The notes under the pieces: generated by a model
What the model was told of the DNA's origin: nothing
Database searches by the model: none
What the model saw: only the letters and a program-made list of their open reading frames with translations
Source: Chiloscyllium plagiosum
Taxonomy: Eukaryota
Assembly (NCBI RefSeq): GCF_004010195.1
Contig: NC_057718.1
Coordinates: 91,535,145-91,599,144, forward strand
DNA: 64,000 nucleotides
Direction: 5' to 3'
Part shown: positions 13,254-26,587 of the stretch, piece after piece
Numbering within the stretch: position 1 is the stretch's first letter
Layout of the letters: each line of letters begins with the position of its first letter
Translations under genes and position numbers: made by a program

Positions 13254-13494
13254 AGGAGAAAGTGAGGTCTGCAGACGCTGGAGATCAAAGCTGAAACTTT
13301 ATTGCTGGAACAGCACAGCAGGTCAGGCAGCATCTAGGGAACAGAAGATTCGACGTTTCGGGCACATGCCCTTAACAGAAGATTCGATGTTTCGGGCACA
13401 TGCCCTTAACAGAAGATTCGACGTTTCGGGCACATGCCCTTAACAGAAGATTCGACGTTTTGGGCACATGCCCTTAACAGAAGATTCGACGTTT
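13254..13494 (-). mobile_element. PLE terminal repeat ending in a 34-bp tandem array
   Basis: aggagaaagtgaggtctgcagacgctggagatc...cagcaggtcaggcagcatc is the same family as 346-553 and 37340-37462. Confidence 0.75.
13340..13494. repeat. 34-bp tandem repeat, ~4.6 copies
   Basis: Unit aacagaagattcgacgtttcgggcacatgccctt starts at 13340, 13374, 13408, 13442 and (partial) 13476. Confidence 0.95.
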
Positions 13495-13689
13495 ATGCAA
13501 TCTGACAGCAAAAGATAAAAGGTGAAGTTGCGATTATCTTACTAGACCAGAACTGCTCTCCCATTGAGGGCCACTACACCTCAGGTGAAGAGAGAGGCTG
13601 AGAAGAATCCTTCATGGTAATCTTAATTATCATGTTGGTATCACTCTTCATTGCAAATCGGCCATAATGCCACTTAATCTTGTATTATT

Positions 13690-14060
13690 GAACAATAGCC
13701 ACGGCTCTAACATAGCAGCATTTAAAAGGAGGTTATAATACCAAACCACACAAGGAAATGTTAGATCAGATGACGAAAAGCTTGGTCAAAAAGAAGATTT
13801 TAAGGAGTTTCTCAGAGGAGGAAAGTGAAGTCGAGAGATGCTGACATGCAGGGAGTGAAAATTCAAAGCTTAGTGCCAAATGAAAGCATGGTCACCAACT
13901 GGGGAGTGATTAAAACTGGGGATGATCAAGATGCCAGAATTAGACAAGTGAAATTCGACGAGGGACAAGGCAGTAAAACAATTTGCTAACAAGAATAAGA
14001 ATTCTAAAATGAATATCCTGCTTGACTAGGAGCCAACTGTAGGTTAACGAGCACAAGTAC
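13690..14060 (-). mobile_element. Old L2-type LINE 3' fragment
   Basis: aaaagcttggtcaaaaagaagattttaaggag resembles the reverse complement of L2 3' ends; degraded. Confidence 0.45.
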
Positions 14061-16539
14061 GATGTGTATTGGCGGGGCAGTTGTGAAATAAATGGCATTT
14101 TATGACAATCCAGCAACTTCATGGACTAAGGATAATTAAATTAAGATTCAATTTGAACAGCTTCTTAAAGCCAATTACCAGAAATATCACATATTTCCAG
14201 TTTAAATTAAAACTTACATAAAGAGAGGAATAGATGATACAATACTGAGACCTTGGTGTTATTATTAGATTATTTTTGCAATTATCTGATTTTTAGAAAA
14301 AGGCAAGTTTGTTATGATAAGACTCATTCTTGCGTGTTCTCAAAGACACGAGGCTTTCCATTTTCTAACAACTGCCAAAGCTTCCTGAAACCAAAGCAAC
14401 ATGTCATTCTGCCAACTGTGTGAATAAACTTGACAATGATTTATAAACCAAATCACCCTTCTGTTACAGCAGATTGAAAGCATACCAGCAACAGATTATC
14501 AACACATTTTATTGTGCATCAATAGTTCAGTCCTGGAATTAAAGACATTATGTCATCCGGTTGTGAGGATCAAGTGTGATATTGGTAACCATTCACAACC
14601 GCCTAAGATGCTACCATAGTAACTGCATCGGCTCAGCAATTAAAAAAAAATCTCAGTCAAAATTCATGTCTTCAGGGCCTGATTCTGATTAAATTTGCGA
14701 TTACTTCACAAGAGTTTTTGATACCTTTATTTCTAAAAGAGATCTTAAATGAAAATTTCCTTCATAAAATCTTAGGTTAAGAGTAAATAAATTTATCAAA
14801 AGTAAACAGGCAGCAAAATGTCCTCTTACCAGTCAAAACAGATGAATTGCTCATTGTTGAAGTTACATTATTTTGTAGTTTAGAGAAAAACTGGTGAAAC
14901 TTGGCCAGTGAAAACAGTATGTTCGGTTAAGACAAGTAGGACAAGGTTCTTATACGAGCATTACCAGATTTAACCTTTATCACCTTTTGTTTAGTATGGA
15001 AATGTTGGTATTAATAAAGTCATTTAATTATTATGTCACAAACAATGATATGCAATTTTTTTCATGTTTTCTTTCTGTAACTTATGGTGTGATTTAGTTT
15101 AGTTTATGAAGGTTGCATGAAGGTTGGCCAGTTATTTGCGTTTACTTCTCCAGACAATAAGGAAATGATTATGTGCAATAATGTTGGCTCCCTTTGCTTC
15201 TGCCAGTGTCAGGAAGCTTATCTGCAAAAGCCTGCTGCTATTGACGACCAATACAAGCATGCAACTCTTATCTGCTCACAAAGCTACAAATGCACACTGA
15301 CATTAGAGAACAGTGGAGTACAATGACGCATGGCTGATCTTATTAGTCAACATTTCACTTCAAGATGAATTTCTAAATGGGACACACAATTTAATTTATT
15401 TTCTTGATTTTATGGCTTTAATGTAGGGCATTTATTAACAAATATGTGATGCTGAACCAGAGCAGATAATTACATAATACACTGGACTTAATTTAGGCCT
15501 TAGGGCCGAAGTATTAAATGTCACAGAAAAGGACAAGGATGCGGATGTTTCTTGCTTGACAAGTACAAGATGAAAACATGATGCCCCTATCATTTGTTGC
15601 TGCTGTTATGTATTAGCATCTGCAATGCTGCTTTAAGCTTCCGTTTACTAATAATTACACGTCAACCTTCAGTCTGAGTTAGTCCTGGAAATCATGCATT
15701 TCGAGAAGTGAGTGTTGAAGAAATATCCCGTAAGAAAACAGTAAAGTAACACAAGAAGAATGAAACTAGATCATCACTAAGAGCCTTACAATCAGGTTAA
15801 AGTTTGAAATTTTGAAGGAAAAAAATCAAACTAATTAACTGATTTTTTTATTGTGTGTATGACTGCCAGCTGTTTTTGTTAATTCAGCTGACAATTATTG
15901 AAGTACTCGAAGATCCATCAATTATCTTGGGGGATATTTATGATATATTCAGAAAGTAAGTTGGTCAGCTCATTTTGCAAGAATATATATTGAAAAAAGT
16001 TAAACTTAATTATATAACATATAGTTTAATACTGAGTGGAAGCCATGTTTTGCTTATTTTAATCATCTTGCTGTCTAACATTCACAGTAAAAATGACATT
16101 ATATTCAAGCTTGTTTGTTCAACTATTGCTCACAGTTTTAGTAAAGACTAAAATGAAATCTAGTGGTGTTATATTCTGCTGGTTCTTGGAAGATGGATAT
16201 CCTTCTTAAACTTGCTTATTTATCACACTATTGTAAACCAAGATTAACTTACGAACATCGTCCAAAATACATAAACAAAAATACCTTAAAGGGCTAAACA
16301 TAGCTCAACAATGGACATAGTTGAAAATCCCAATGTCACACAATATTATAACCTTAAAATGCAAAACTTCAAAAACATGGTTGTGAAACTTCAGGAACTA
16401 AAATGGGAGATATGGAAATATATACAGAAGAGACAAAATAAAATATCACGACTTTTGGCAACTCTACAATGGGAGTTCCATGCTAATCTATTTCCCTTTT
16501 ATTTAAGATTCCACTTTTCAAATTTCTGTCCAATGATAT

Positions 16540-17290
16540 AACTGAGGCTCGTGGCAAGTTGGGCATCACATTTCAGTTGAACTGAACTTTCAACCACATA
16601 TCTATACCATCAATAAAGACACTTATTATCACCTCCTTAAAATCATCACTTTTGGCACCTTCCTGAGCTCAGCTGATGAAACCTTCAACTTGTCTTTGTA
16701 ACCTTCAGACTTTGTTCAAATGCAACTTAGGCTGATCAACATTTTATTCTACACAAGAATTGGAAGTCATCCAAAATTCTGCTGCTAATGTCCAATTTAT
16801 ACCAAATCACACCCATCAGCTAATTAAAAAATATTTTTAATTAACTTGCATGGACATGTTTTGACCTCCAGGCAGGTAGAATTAGAACCCAGAAATTCTG
16901 GACCAGAAGCAGGAACACTCGCACTGCTTAAGACCCTCATCAACCTTCTGCATGTTCCTTGTTCATACATTGTGTACATGAACTTCTTTCTTTAACTTGT
17001 TCATGTGACATGTGGCATCAAGAGTCAACCATACTGTTATGGATCAGGAATGTGTAGCACACCAGAAGGGAAGGTGATAGATTTCTCCTCAAAAGGACAT
17101 TAGTGAAACAGATCAGTTTTTACAACAATAGGCAGTGGTTACATGGTCACCATGAGGCTAGGATTGTATTATATTCAAATTTTACCAGTTGCCATGGTGG
17201 CGCTTCTGGGTTACTAGACCAGTACTATTAAAACTATGCCACTACATCCTCCTGATCAAACACTGCCTCTAGCTTAAAATTCTTTTTCTT
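16540..17290 (+). mobile_element. Old L2-type LINE fragment containing a degenerate Deu-SINE (~16985-17252); appears to resume at 22500-22690 after the CR1 insertion
   Basis: gctgatgaaaccttc..tttgtaaccttcagact..catccaaaattctgctgc is L2-like; the SINE piece shares aaggacattagtga with 7797-8185. Confidence 0.5.
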
Positions 17291-18225
17291 CGACACAAGT
17301 TACCTGGGTAATCCAAGATGGAGGACGGGAGAATTTCTGGCTATCACAGCTGCTCCCTTCCCCCCCCCCCCCCCCGAGGTATTTTAGGTGCTGGAGGTGA
17401 TTTCCTCAAAGTCCAGGAACAGCAATTACTGTTTCATATGCATTATTTTGGAACTTTGGAAAGAAAATGTCAAAACAATAGCAGTTTTAAAAGGGAGAAG
17501 GACAGACAAAGGAAGCATATGGTGAGGTCAGTGCAGGAGAGAGAGAGAAAGGAAAATTGACACTGCCTTTGCTGTTCGAATTCAGGTATCGCTGGTCATC
17601 GGAGTGCATCTGGGAAAATTAACAAACAGTGAAATTCACAACTGATCTTGGAGAAACTGTTGGGCGATGTTCACGGCACATAACCAGATAAGTGTATTGT
17701 TGTTTTAAGTGTGGCCTACATAAAGTCTGCAGTAGTGAGTAGAGGGGTTCTTTCTTGACTATGTGTTTTTGGAGATATGTCTCTTGATTAAACTTAAAAT
17801 ATAAGCCGTAACTATTAATTTAACCTGGGGCAGTGTTTGTAGAGGAATAAGACGGTATTATTTTCTGGGTTTGTAGATTGTGAAGAAGCAAAAATGGCCT
17901 TTAGTAGAGAGTTATGCACTTCTTATCAGTTGTGAGAGTTTAAAGAAAGTTTAAGGGTTACAGCGGATTATATCTGCCATAAAGGCTGTTGGTTGCGAAC
18001 CTTATCAGATCGAATGGATCGGTTGGAGAGACAGTTAGAGGCAATGGGGAATTTGCAACAGCAACAGTATGTGATGGATGGCAGTTTTAGGAAGGGGGAA
18101 AAGTCCCAGATACAGTCACATAGATGGGTTAATTCCAGGAAAGGTGAGAGAGGTAGGCAGCTAGTGCAGGAGTCTTTTGTGGCTATACCCATTTCAAACA
18201 GGTATGCTGTTTTGGAAAATGTAGG

Positions 18226-18803
18226 NNNNNNNNNNNNNNNNNNNNNNNNNNNNNNNNNNNNNNNNNNNNNNNNNNNNNNNNNNNNNNNNNNNNNNNNNNN
18301 NNNNNNNNNNNNNNNNNNNNNNNNNNNNNNNNNNNNNNNNNNNNNNNNNNNNNNNNNNNNNNNNNNNNNNNNNNNNNNNNNNNNNNNNNNNNNNNNNNNN
18401 NNNNNNNNNNNNNNNNNNNNNNNNNNNNNNNNNNNNNNNNNNNNNNNNNNNNNNNNNNNNNNNNNNNNNNNNNNNNNNNNNNNNNNNNNNNNNNNNNNNN
18501 NNNNNNNNNNNNNNNNNNNNNNNNNNNNNNNNNNNNNNNNNNNNNNNNNNNNNNNNNNNNNNNNNNNNNNNNNNNNNNNNNNNNNNNNNNNNNNNNNNNN
18601 NNNNNNNNNNNNNNNNNNNNNNNNNNNNNNNNNNNNNNNNNNNNNNNNNNNNNNNNNNNNNNNNNNNNNNNNNNNNNNNNNNNNNNNNNNNNNNNNNNNN
18701 NNNNNNNNNNNNNNNNNNNNNNNNNNNNNNNNNNNNNNNNNNNNNNNNNNNNNNNNNNNNNNNNNNNNNNNNNNNNNNNNNNNNNNNNNNNNNNNNNNNN
18801 NNN
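18226..18803. other. Assembly gap (others at 46569-47457, 52142-52641, 60505-61012)
   Basis: Runs of N. Confidence 1.
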
Positions 18804-18980
18804 CTACAGCGGACAGCTGAAACAGACAACCGGAAGCGGCAGGGACAGGCCACTATAAATGCTGGAGGAAACACCACAGGAGCGCTTCACAGGAGGCTCC
18901 CAAGCACTGAGGATGTCACCTAGACAGGGGACAAAACGTTTGCAACAAAAACTTCCAGCTTGGCGAACAGAACCACAGCA
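18804..18980 (+). mobile_element. 3' end of a Penelope-like element nested in CR1 ORF1
   Basis: Non-CR1 sequence with tataaat and the hammerhead-like gcactgaggatgtcacctagacaggggacaaaacgtttgc; CR1 ORF1 resumes at SQVSGIETGS. Confidence 0.7.
18904..18943 (+). ncRNA. Minimal hammerhead ribozyme motif, probably inactivated (GAAA to AAAA)
   Basis: gca-CTGAGGA-t-gtcacct-agac-aggggac-AAAAC-GTT-tgc: stem I gca/tgc, stem II, conserved core with one substitution. Confidence 0.6.
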
Positions 18981-21900
18981 ATGAACAGCCAAGTTTCTGG
19001 TATCGAGACTGGCTCTAATGCAACGAGAGGAATGTCGGGTTCCAAGAGATCAATTGTGTTAGGGGATTCTGTAGTCCGAGGTACAGACAGACGTTTCAGC
19101 AGTGAAAAATCAGAATGGTGTGTTGCTTCCCTGGTCCCAGGATCAAGGATGTTTCAGAGAGGGTGCAGAATGTTCTCACGGGGGAGGAGGGACCAGCAAG
19201 AGGTCATAATCTACATTGGAACCAAAGACATAGAAAGGGAAAAGGTTGAAATTTTGAAGGGAGATTACAGAGAGTTAGGCAGGAATTTAAAAAGGAGGTC
19301 CTTGAAAGTAGTAATATCTGGATTACTCCCAGTGCTACGAGCTAGTGAGGGCAGGAATAGGAGGATAGAGCAGATGAATGCATGGCTGAGGAGCTGGTGT
19401 ATGGGAGAAGGATTCACGTTTTTGGATCATTGGAATCTCTTTTGGGGTAGAAGCGACCTGTACAAGAAGGACTGATTGTACCTAAATTGGAAGGTGACTA
19501 ATATACTGACAGGGAAACTTGCTAGAGCTGCTCAGGAGGATTTAAACTAGTAAGGTGGGGGTTGGGACCCAGGGAGATAGTGAGGAAAGACGTCAATCTG
19601 AGACTGATACAGTTGAGAACAGAAGCGAGTCAACCAGTCAGGGCAGGCAGGGACAAGGTAGGACTAATGAATTAAACTGCATTTATTTCAATGCAAGGGG
19701 CCGAAGAGGGAAGGCAGATGAACTCAGGACATGGTTAGGAACATGGGACTAGGATGTCATAGCAATTACGGAAACATGGCTCAGGGATGGGCAGGACTGG
19801 CAGCTTAATGTTCCAGGATACAAATGCTCCAAGAAGGATAGAAAGGGAGGCAAGAGAGGAGAGGGAGTGGCGTTTTTGATAAGGGTTGGAATTTTGATAA
19901 GGGAGGATATTTCTGGAAATACATCGAGGGAAGTTATTTGGGTGGAACTGAGAAATAAGAAAGGGATAATCACCTTATTGGGATTGTATTATAGACCTCC
20001 TAATAGTCAGCAGGAAATTGAGAAACAAATTTGTAAAGAGATCTCAGCTATCTGTAAGAATAATAGAGTGGTTATGGTAGGGGATTTTAACTTTCCAAAC
20101 ATAGACTGGGACTGCCATAGTGTTAAGGGTTTAGATGGAGAGGAATTTGTTAAGGTGTGTACAAGAACATTTTCTGATTCAGTATGTGGATGTACCTACG
20201 AGAGAAGGTGCACAACTTGACCTACTCTTGGGAAATAAGGCAGGGCAGGTGACTGATTGTCAGTGGGGGAGCACTTTGGGGCCAACGACCATAATTCTAT
20301 TAGATTTAAAATAGTGAGAGAAAAGGATATTCCAGACCTAAAAGTTGAAGTTCTAAATTGGAGAAAGGTCATTTTTGACGGTATTAGGCAAGAACCTTTA
20401 AAAGCTGATTGGGGGCAGATGTTCGCAGGCTGGAAAATGGGAAGCCTTCGGAAATGAGATAACAAAAACCTACAGAAAGTATATTCCTGTTCGAGTGAAA
20501 GGAAAGGCTGGTAGGTATAGGGAATGCTGAATGACTAAAGAAATTGAGGGTTTGGTTAAGAAAAAGAAGGAAGCATATATAAAGGTATAGACAGGATAGA
20601 TCGAGTGAATCCTTAGAAGAGTATAAAGGCAGTAGGAGTATACTTGAGGAAAATCAGGAGGGAAAAAAGGGGACATGAGATAGCTTTGGCAAATAGAATA
20701 AAGGAGAATCTAAAGGGTTTTTACAAATACGTTAAGGACAAAAGGGTAACTAGGGAGAAAACAGAGCCCCTCAAAGATCAGCAAGGCGGCCTTTGTGTGG
20801 AACCGCAGAAAATGGTGGCGAAACTAAACGAGTATTTTGCATCAGTATTTACTGTGGAAAAGGATATGGAAGATATAGACTGTAGGGAAATAGATGGTGA
20901 CACCTTACAAATTGTCCAAATTACAGAGGAGGAAGTGCTGGATGTCTTGAAACGCATAAAGGTGGATAAATCCCCAGGACCTCATCAGGTGTACCTGAGA
21001 ACTCTGTGGGAAGCTAGAGAAGTGATTGCTGGGCCTCTTGCTGAGATATTTGTATCATCGATAGTCACAGGTGAGGTGCTGCAAGACTGGACGTTAACTA
21101 ACGTGGTGCCACTGTTTAAGAAGGGTGGTAAGGACTGAGCCAGGGAACTATAGACCAGTGAGCCTGATGTCGATGGTAGGCAAGTTGTTGGAATGAATCC
21201 TGAGGGACAGGATGTACATGTATTTGGAAAGACAAGGACTGATTAGGGATAGTCAACATGGCTTTGTGCATGGGAAATCATATCTCACAAACTTGACTGA
21301 GTTTTTTGAAGAAGTAACAAAGAGGATTGATGAGGGTAGAGCGGTGGACGTGATCCATATGGACTTCATTAAGTCTTTCGACAAGGTTCCCCATGGGAGA
21401 CTGATTAGTAAGGTTAGATCTCAAGAATACAGGGAGAACTTGCCATTTGGATACAGAACTGGCTCAAAGGTAGAAGACAGAGGGTGTAGTGGAAGATTGT
21501 TTTTCAGACTGGAGGCCTGTGACCAGTGTAGTGCCACAAGGATTGGTGCTGGGTCCTCTATTTTTTGTCATTTACATAAATGATGTGGATGTGAGAATAA
21601 GAGGTACAGTTAGTAAGTTTGCAGATGACACCAAAATTGGAGGTGTAGTGGACAGCAAAGAGGGTTACATCAGATTATAACAGGATCTGGACCAGATGGG
21701 CCAATGGGCAGAGGAGTTTAATTCAGATAAATGTGGGGTCCTGCATCTTGGGAAAGCAAATCCTAGCAGGACGTATACACTTAATGGTAAGGTCCTAGGA
21801 AGTGTTGCTGAACAAATAGACCTTGAAGTGCAGGTTCATAGCTCCTTGAAAGTGGAGTTGCAGGTAGATAGGAAGGCGGCGTTTGGTATGCTTTCTTTTA

Positions 21901-22859
21901 CTGGTCAGATTATTGAGTACAGGAGAAGGGAGGTCATGTTGCGGCTGTACAGGACATTGGTTAGGCCACTGTTGGAATATTACGTGCAATTCTGGTCTCC
22001 TTCCTATTGGAAAGATGTTGTGAAACTTGAAAGGGTTCAGAAAAGATTTACAAGGATGTTGCCAGGGTTGGAGGATTTGAACTATAAAGAGAGGCTGAAC
22101 AGGCTGGCGCTGATTTCCCTGGAGCGTCGGAAGCTGAGGGGTGACCTTATAGAGGTTTACAAAATTATGAGGGGCATGGATAGGGTAAATGGACAAAGTC
22201 TTTTCCCTGGGGTTGGGGAGTCCAGAACTAGAGGGCATTGGTTAAGGGTGGGAGGGGAAAGATATGAGAGACCTGAGGGGCAACTTTTTCACACAGAGGG
22301 TGGTGTATGTATGGAATGAGCTGACAGAGGAAGTGCAACATTTAAGAGGTATTTGGATTGTTATATGAATAGGAAGGGTTTGGAGGGATATGGACCGGGT
22401 ACTGGTAGGTGGGACTAGATTGGGTTGGGATATCTGGTTGGCCTGGGCGGGTTGGACCAAAGGGGTCTGTTTCCATGCTGTATATCTCTATGACTCTGAG
22501 TCTCTCCAGGGTCTTCTCCAGCCCATAACTCACCAAACTACAAGCACTTGAAAATGTTCTATTTTCATCGTTCCAACAGTGGTAGCCTGCCTACAGCTGC
22601 CTAAGGTCTAATCCTTGGAAATCCCTCTCTAAACCTATACTCCTCTTTACCTCCATTTCCTCCTGAATGCCTATCTTTGACCTGCACAGAACAGTACCCT
22701 GAGTAATACCTGCTGTGAATTCCTGGAGCTTAGATGATTTGGCTCCAACAACTACAACCTTCTCCCTGTGTTAAGTATGATTTCAACCAATGGAGAATAT
22801 TGTTTATTCCTATGGATTTTGAACAGCTGAATGTCCTATTCCTATTTTCTATATTTCTA

Positions 22860-23640
22860 TGAGGCTAGGAAAAGGGGCGTGACTCTGTTAATTAAAGAAG
22901 TCATTAACTCAACATAAAAGGATGAACAAAATTCAGGAAACCAAAAATATAGAAGCAGTCCAAATAGAGACAAGGCATGATAAAGGCAAGAGGTCACCCA
23001 TGGGAGTTATGTACAGGCCCCCTAACAGGAACTATGTGGTAGGTCATGTTATCAAGGAAGAAATAATTGCAGCTTGTCCAAAGGCTACAGCAATTATCCT
23101 GAGAGATAATAACTTAAATATAGATTGGAAAAATCAAATGGGAGAAAGTAGTCTAGATTAGGAATTCACTGAATGTTTTCGAGACTGTTTGTTATGGCAC
23201 CAGAGAGCAGGCCATAGTAGACCTGGTTTTGACCAACAACATAAGATTAATTACTGACCTCACAGTCAAAGCACCACAGGGTAGCATCAACCATCGCATG
23301 AATGAATCTTACATACACTTAAGGGAAAGAAGTGCTAGTCCAAGACTACTACTTTGAACTTAAACAAGGTGCAGTGGCAAACATTCCAGATATTGCTGAA
23401 AGTGCAGAATAGATACTGTCCAACAAATAAGAAAAATATTAAGGGATAGACCTGCCATCCAAAATACCAAATATAATATTAAAATTAAAAAGGCATATAA
23501 TTGTGCAAAGATAGGTGGTAGATCAGAAGGACAAAATAGAAAATACAGCATAAAATTTTAAAAAGATTAAATAATAGAAAAAACTAGAGTACAAAAATTA
23601 GCCAACAATATTAAAACGGTGGGAAAAGTTTCTTCAGCTC
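22860..23640 (+). mobile_element. Degraded CR1 endonuclease region, apparently resuming at ~25900-26190
   Basis: ORF GVMYRPPN..NLNIDW. Confidence 0.75.
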
Positions 23641-25900
23641 GAACCATAAAGCATGGAAACAGACTGTTTGGTCCATTCAGTGCATGCCAACCATGTTCCC
23701 GAATTAAACTAGACACATCTGCCTGCGCTTGGCCCATATTCCTCCAAACATTACTTATCCAAATGTTTTTTAAAACATTCTAACTGTACCCACATCCACC
23801 ATTTCCTCTGGAAGTTCATTCCACATACGAACCACACTCTGTGCAAAAAGTGGCCTTTATTGTCTTTTTAAAATCTTTCTCCTCTCACCTTAAAAATAGG
23901 TCCCCTAGTCTTGAAATCCCCAGCCCTAGGGAAAAGACATGTGCCATTCACCTTATCTATACCCGTCATGATTTTATAAACCTCCATAAGGTCACCCTCA
24001 ACTTTCTATGTTCCGGTGGAAAACATTCCAGCCTATCCAGCTTTTCCTTCTAAATGAAGTCCTTCATTCCCAGCAACACCCAGATGAATCTTTTCTGAAC
24101 CCTGTCTATCTTAATAGTCTTCCTATAACCGGGAGAACAGGACACACTACTCCAGAACAGGCCTCACCAACATCCTGTACAACATCAACACGATGTCCTA
24201 ACTCCTACATTCAAAGGTCTGAGTAATGAAGGCAAGCATACTAAACATCTCCTTGTTTACATGTGACGCAAATTTCAAAGAATTACAGACATGAAGCTCT
24301 CGGTCTTTCTGTTCTATAGCACTAGCAAAGTCCCTACTTTTAACTGAATAAGTTCTGCTTTGTTTGTTTTACCAAAATGCAATATCTCACATTCATCCAA
24401 ATTAAACTCCATCTGCCACTCTTCATCTTGCTGACCCAATTCATCAAGATCTCTTTGTAGTCTTAAGTATCCTTCTTCACTGTCCAATATACCACCAATT
24501 TTGATGCCATCCGCAACCTTACTAACTATGTCTTTTATATTCTTAATTAAGTCATTTATATAAATGACAAACTAAAGTGGACCCAGCGCCAATCCCTGTG
24601 GAACACTGCTGGTCACAGGCCTCCAATCCAAAAAACAATTCCCCATCGCGCTCTATCTCCTGTCGTTAAGCCAATTTTGTATCCAATTGGCAAGCTCACC
24701 ATGAATTCCATGTGATCTAACTTTGCTAATTACTCTACCATGTGGAACTTTGTCAAAAGATTTATTAAAGTCCAAGGAAACAAAACCCACCGCTCTGTTT
24801 TCAATTTTCTTGGTTACTTCCTCAAAGAACTCAACCAAGTTTGTGAGACATGATTTCCCTTGCACAAACTATGCTGGCTCTGCCTAATCATTCCTTGTCT
24901 CTCCAAATGCAGATAATTCCCTCTTTCAGAATTACCTTCAACAGCTTACCCACCACTGAAGTCAGACTCACAGGCGTTTAGTTCGCAAACTTCTCCTTAC
25001 ATCCCTTCTTAAACAAAAGCTCAACCAGTAGCCACTCTCCAGTCATCTAGCACCTCATCCTTATCAAAGATGACAAATATTTCTGCTAGGGACATCGCAA
25101 TTTCCTCCCTAACGTCCCACAACTTCCTGGGTTTAATGACATCAGGTCCTGGAGATTTTTCCACTTCTATGTTTTCTACACCTTCATCACTTGCTCTTCT
25201 TCAATGTGAACTGTTTTCAAAACATCAATATTTATTTCCCTGATTTCTCTTGCCTCCACATCTTTCTCCACAGTAAAAGGCAACCCTAAATATTCATTTA
25301 ATATCTCTCCCATTTCCCGAAGTTCAACACAAAGATGACCTCTTTGATCTTTAAGGGGCCCAACTCACTCTCTCTTGCTAGCTGTTCGCTTGCTCTTAAT
25401 GTATTTGTAGAATCTCTTTGGATTATCCTTAACTTTTCATGTCACGGCTATCTCATATTCCCTCGCTGCCTTTTTGACCTCCCTCTTAAGAATGCTTCTA
25501 CACTGTTTATACTGTTTCAGAGATTTATTTGACTCCAGTTGTCTATATCAAATACATGATTCTTTTTATTCTTGACAAGAGCCTCAACATCCTTACTCAT
25601 CCAGCCTTACCTTTCACTTTAACAGGAACATAATGATTCTGAACTCATGATCACACTTTTGAAAGCCTCACACTTATCGTATGTCTCTTCACCTGCAAAC
25701 AATCTACTCCAATAAACTTTTGAAAGTTTGTGCCTCATACCATTAAAATTTGCCTTACTCTAATGAAAAACCTTAATTTTTATGGAAAGCTTATCCTTTT
25801 CCATAACTATCTCAAAGGTAACAGAATTATGATCACTAGACCCAAAGTGTTCCCCTACTATCACTTTCCCTGCTTTATTATGTTTAGGTTTTGCTCCTGG
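23641..25900 (-). mobile_element. 5'-truncated CR1 LINE nested in an older CR1
   Basis: ORF GKSCLTNLVEFFEEVTK..LDFNKSFDKVPHGR; 3' tail near 23645. Confidence 0.9.
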
Positions 25901-26587
25901 CACATTAGGTACATTCCCATGAGGGTGAAAGGTAGGATAACCAATGCCAAGACTGTCTGAAGGAGGAAACCGATGGAGATAAAAACAAAGTAGATAGTGT
26001 ATTTGTTTGACAGATGTAAGGTTTATAATAGTGAGAATTGGGCTTAATATATAAAGCTCAGGTGGGAAGAGAAAAAAAAGCTAAAGAAGCTGAGAGAATA
26101 TGAAGAGACTGGAGCTATCAAAGAGAATTTAAATGACTTCCATCGGGATATAACTGATAAACAGGATGGTAAAAGAGGAGGTAGATCCTGTGCTGCAGGA
26201 GATAGCATTCTTGCCTCTTAGCTAGAAGCAACAGGTTTTTCTCCCGATCTCGGACTTGATGGCCTTATATATCAGGTTCATAAAAACTTAGCAGGTTGAT
26301 TATCAAGTTGTAAATGCTTCCAAAATGCCAACAGCTGGCAGGATGAACAGGAGTGTTTCCTGGCCAAGTACCCAATGTGAAGTAATGCCTTTCAGGCTAC
26401 AGCCACTCATGAGACTAGTGACCTAATCCAGGAAAAAATAGCTACTGAAACAGGTATTAAGCATATCCTTTCTCAGCCTTGTACTGCATTCTACACAGGA
26501 AGAGAAATAAAGAGGAAAAGGTTAATTGGGGTCTATTAGAGACCAAAAAGAAGAGTGACACATAGGTGGAGAGGGCATGACTGAGGC

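Larger units (their letters stand above)
17293..22498 (+). mobile_element. Full-length HER1-like CR1 LINE (5' UTR, ORF1 with SGNH esterase, ORF2 APE endonuclease + RT), inactivated by stops and frameshifts
   Basis: ORF1 SIVLGDSVVRG, YIGTKDI; ORF2 CIYFNARG, VGDFNFP, NDH, VPQGLVLGPLFFVIYIND, KFADDTK; tail ctctatgactct. Confidence 0.95.

Noticed and set aside
13340..13494. CRISPR-like array
   Set aside because: Contiguous tandem units without spacers, in a vertebrate retroelement context
14830..14890. Possible exon with ccag acceptor and G|gtaaga donor (minus strand)
   Set aside because: In the required phase it yields only VFL-stop and nothing recognisable; cannot be distinguished from chance, although a short stop-containing exon is not excluded
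17993..18877. Long ORFs spanning N runs (also at 46.5, 52 and 60.3 kb)
   Set aside because: Artefacts of assembly gaps
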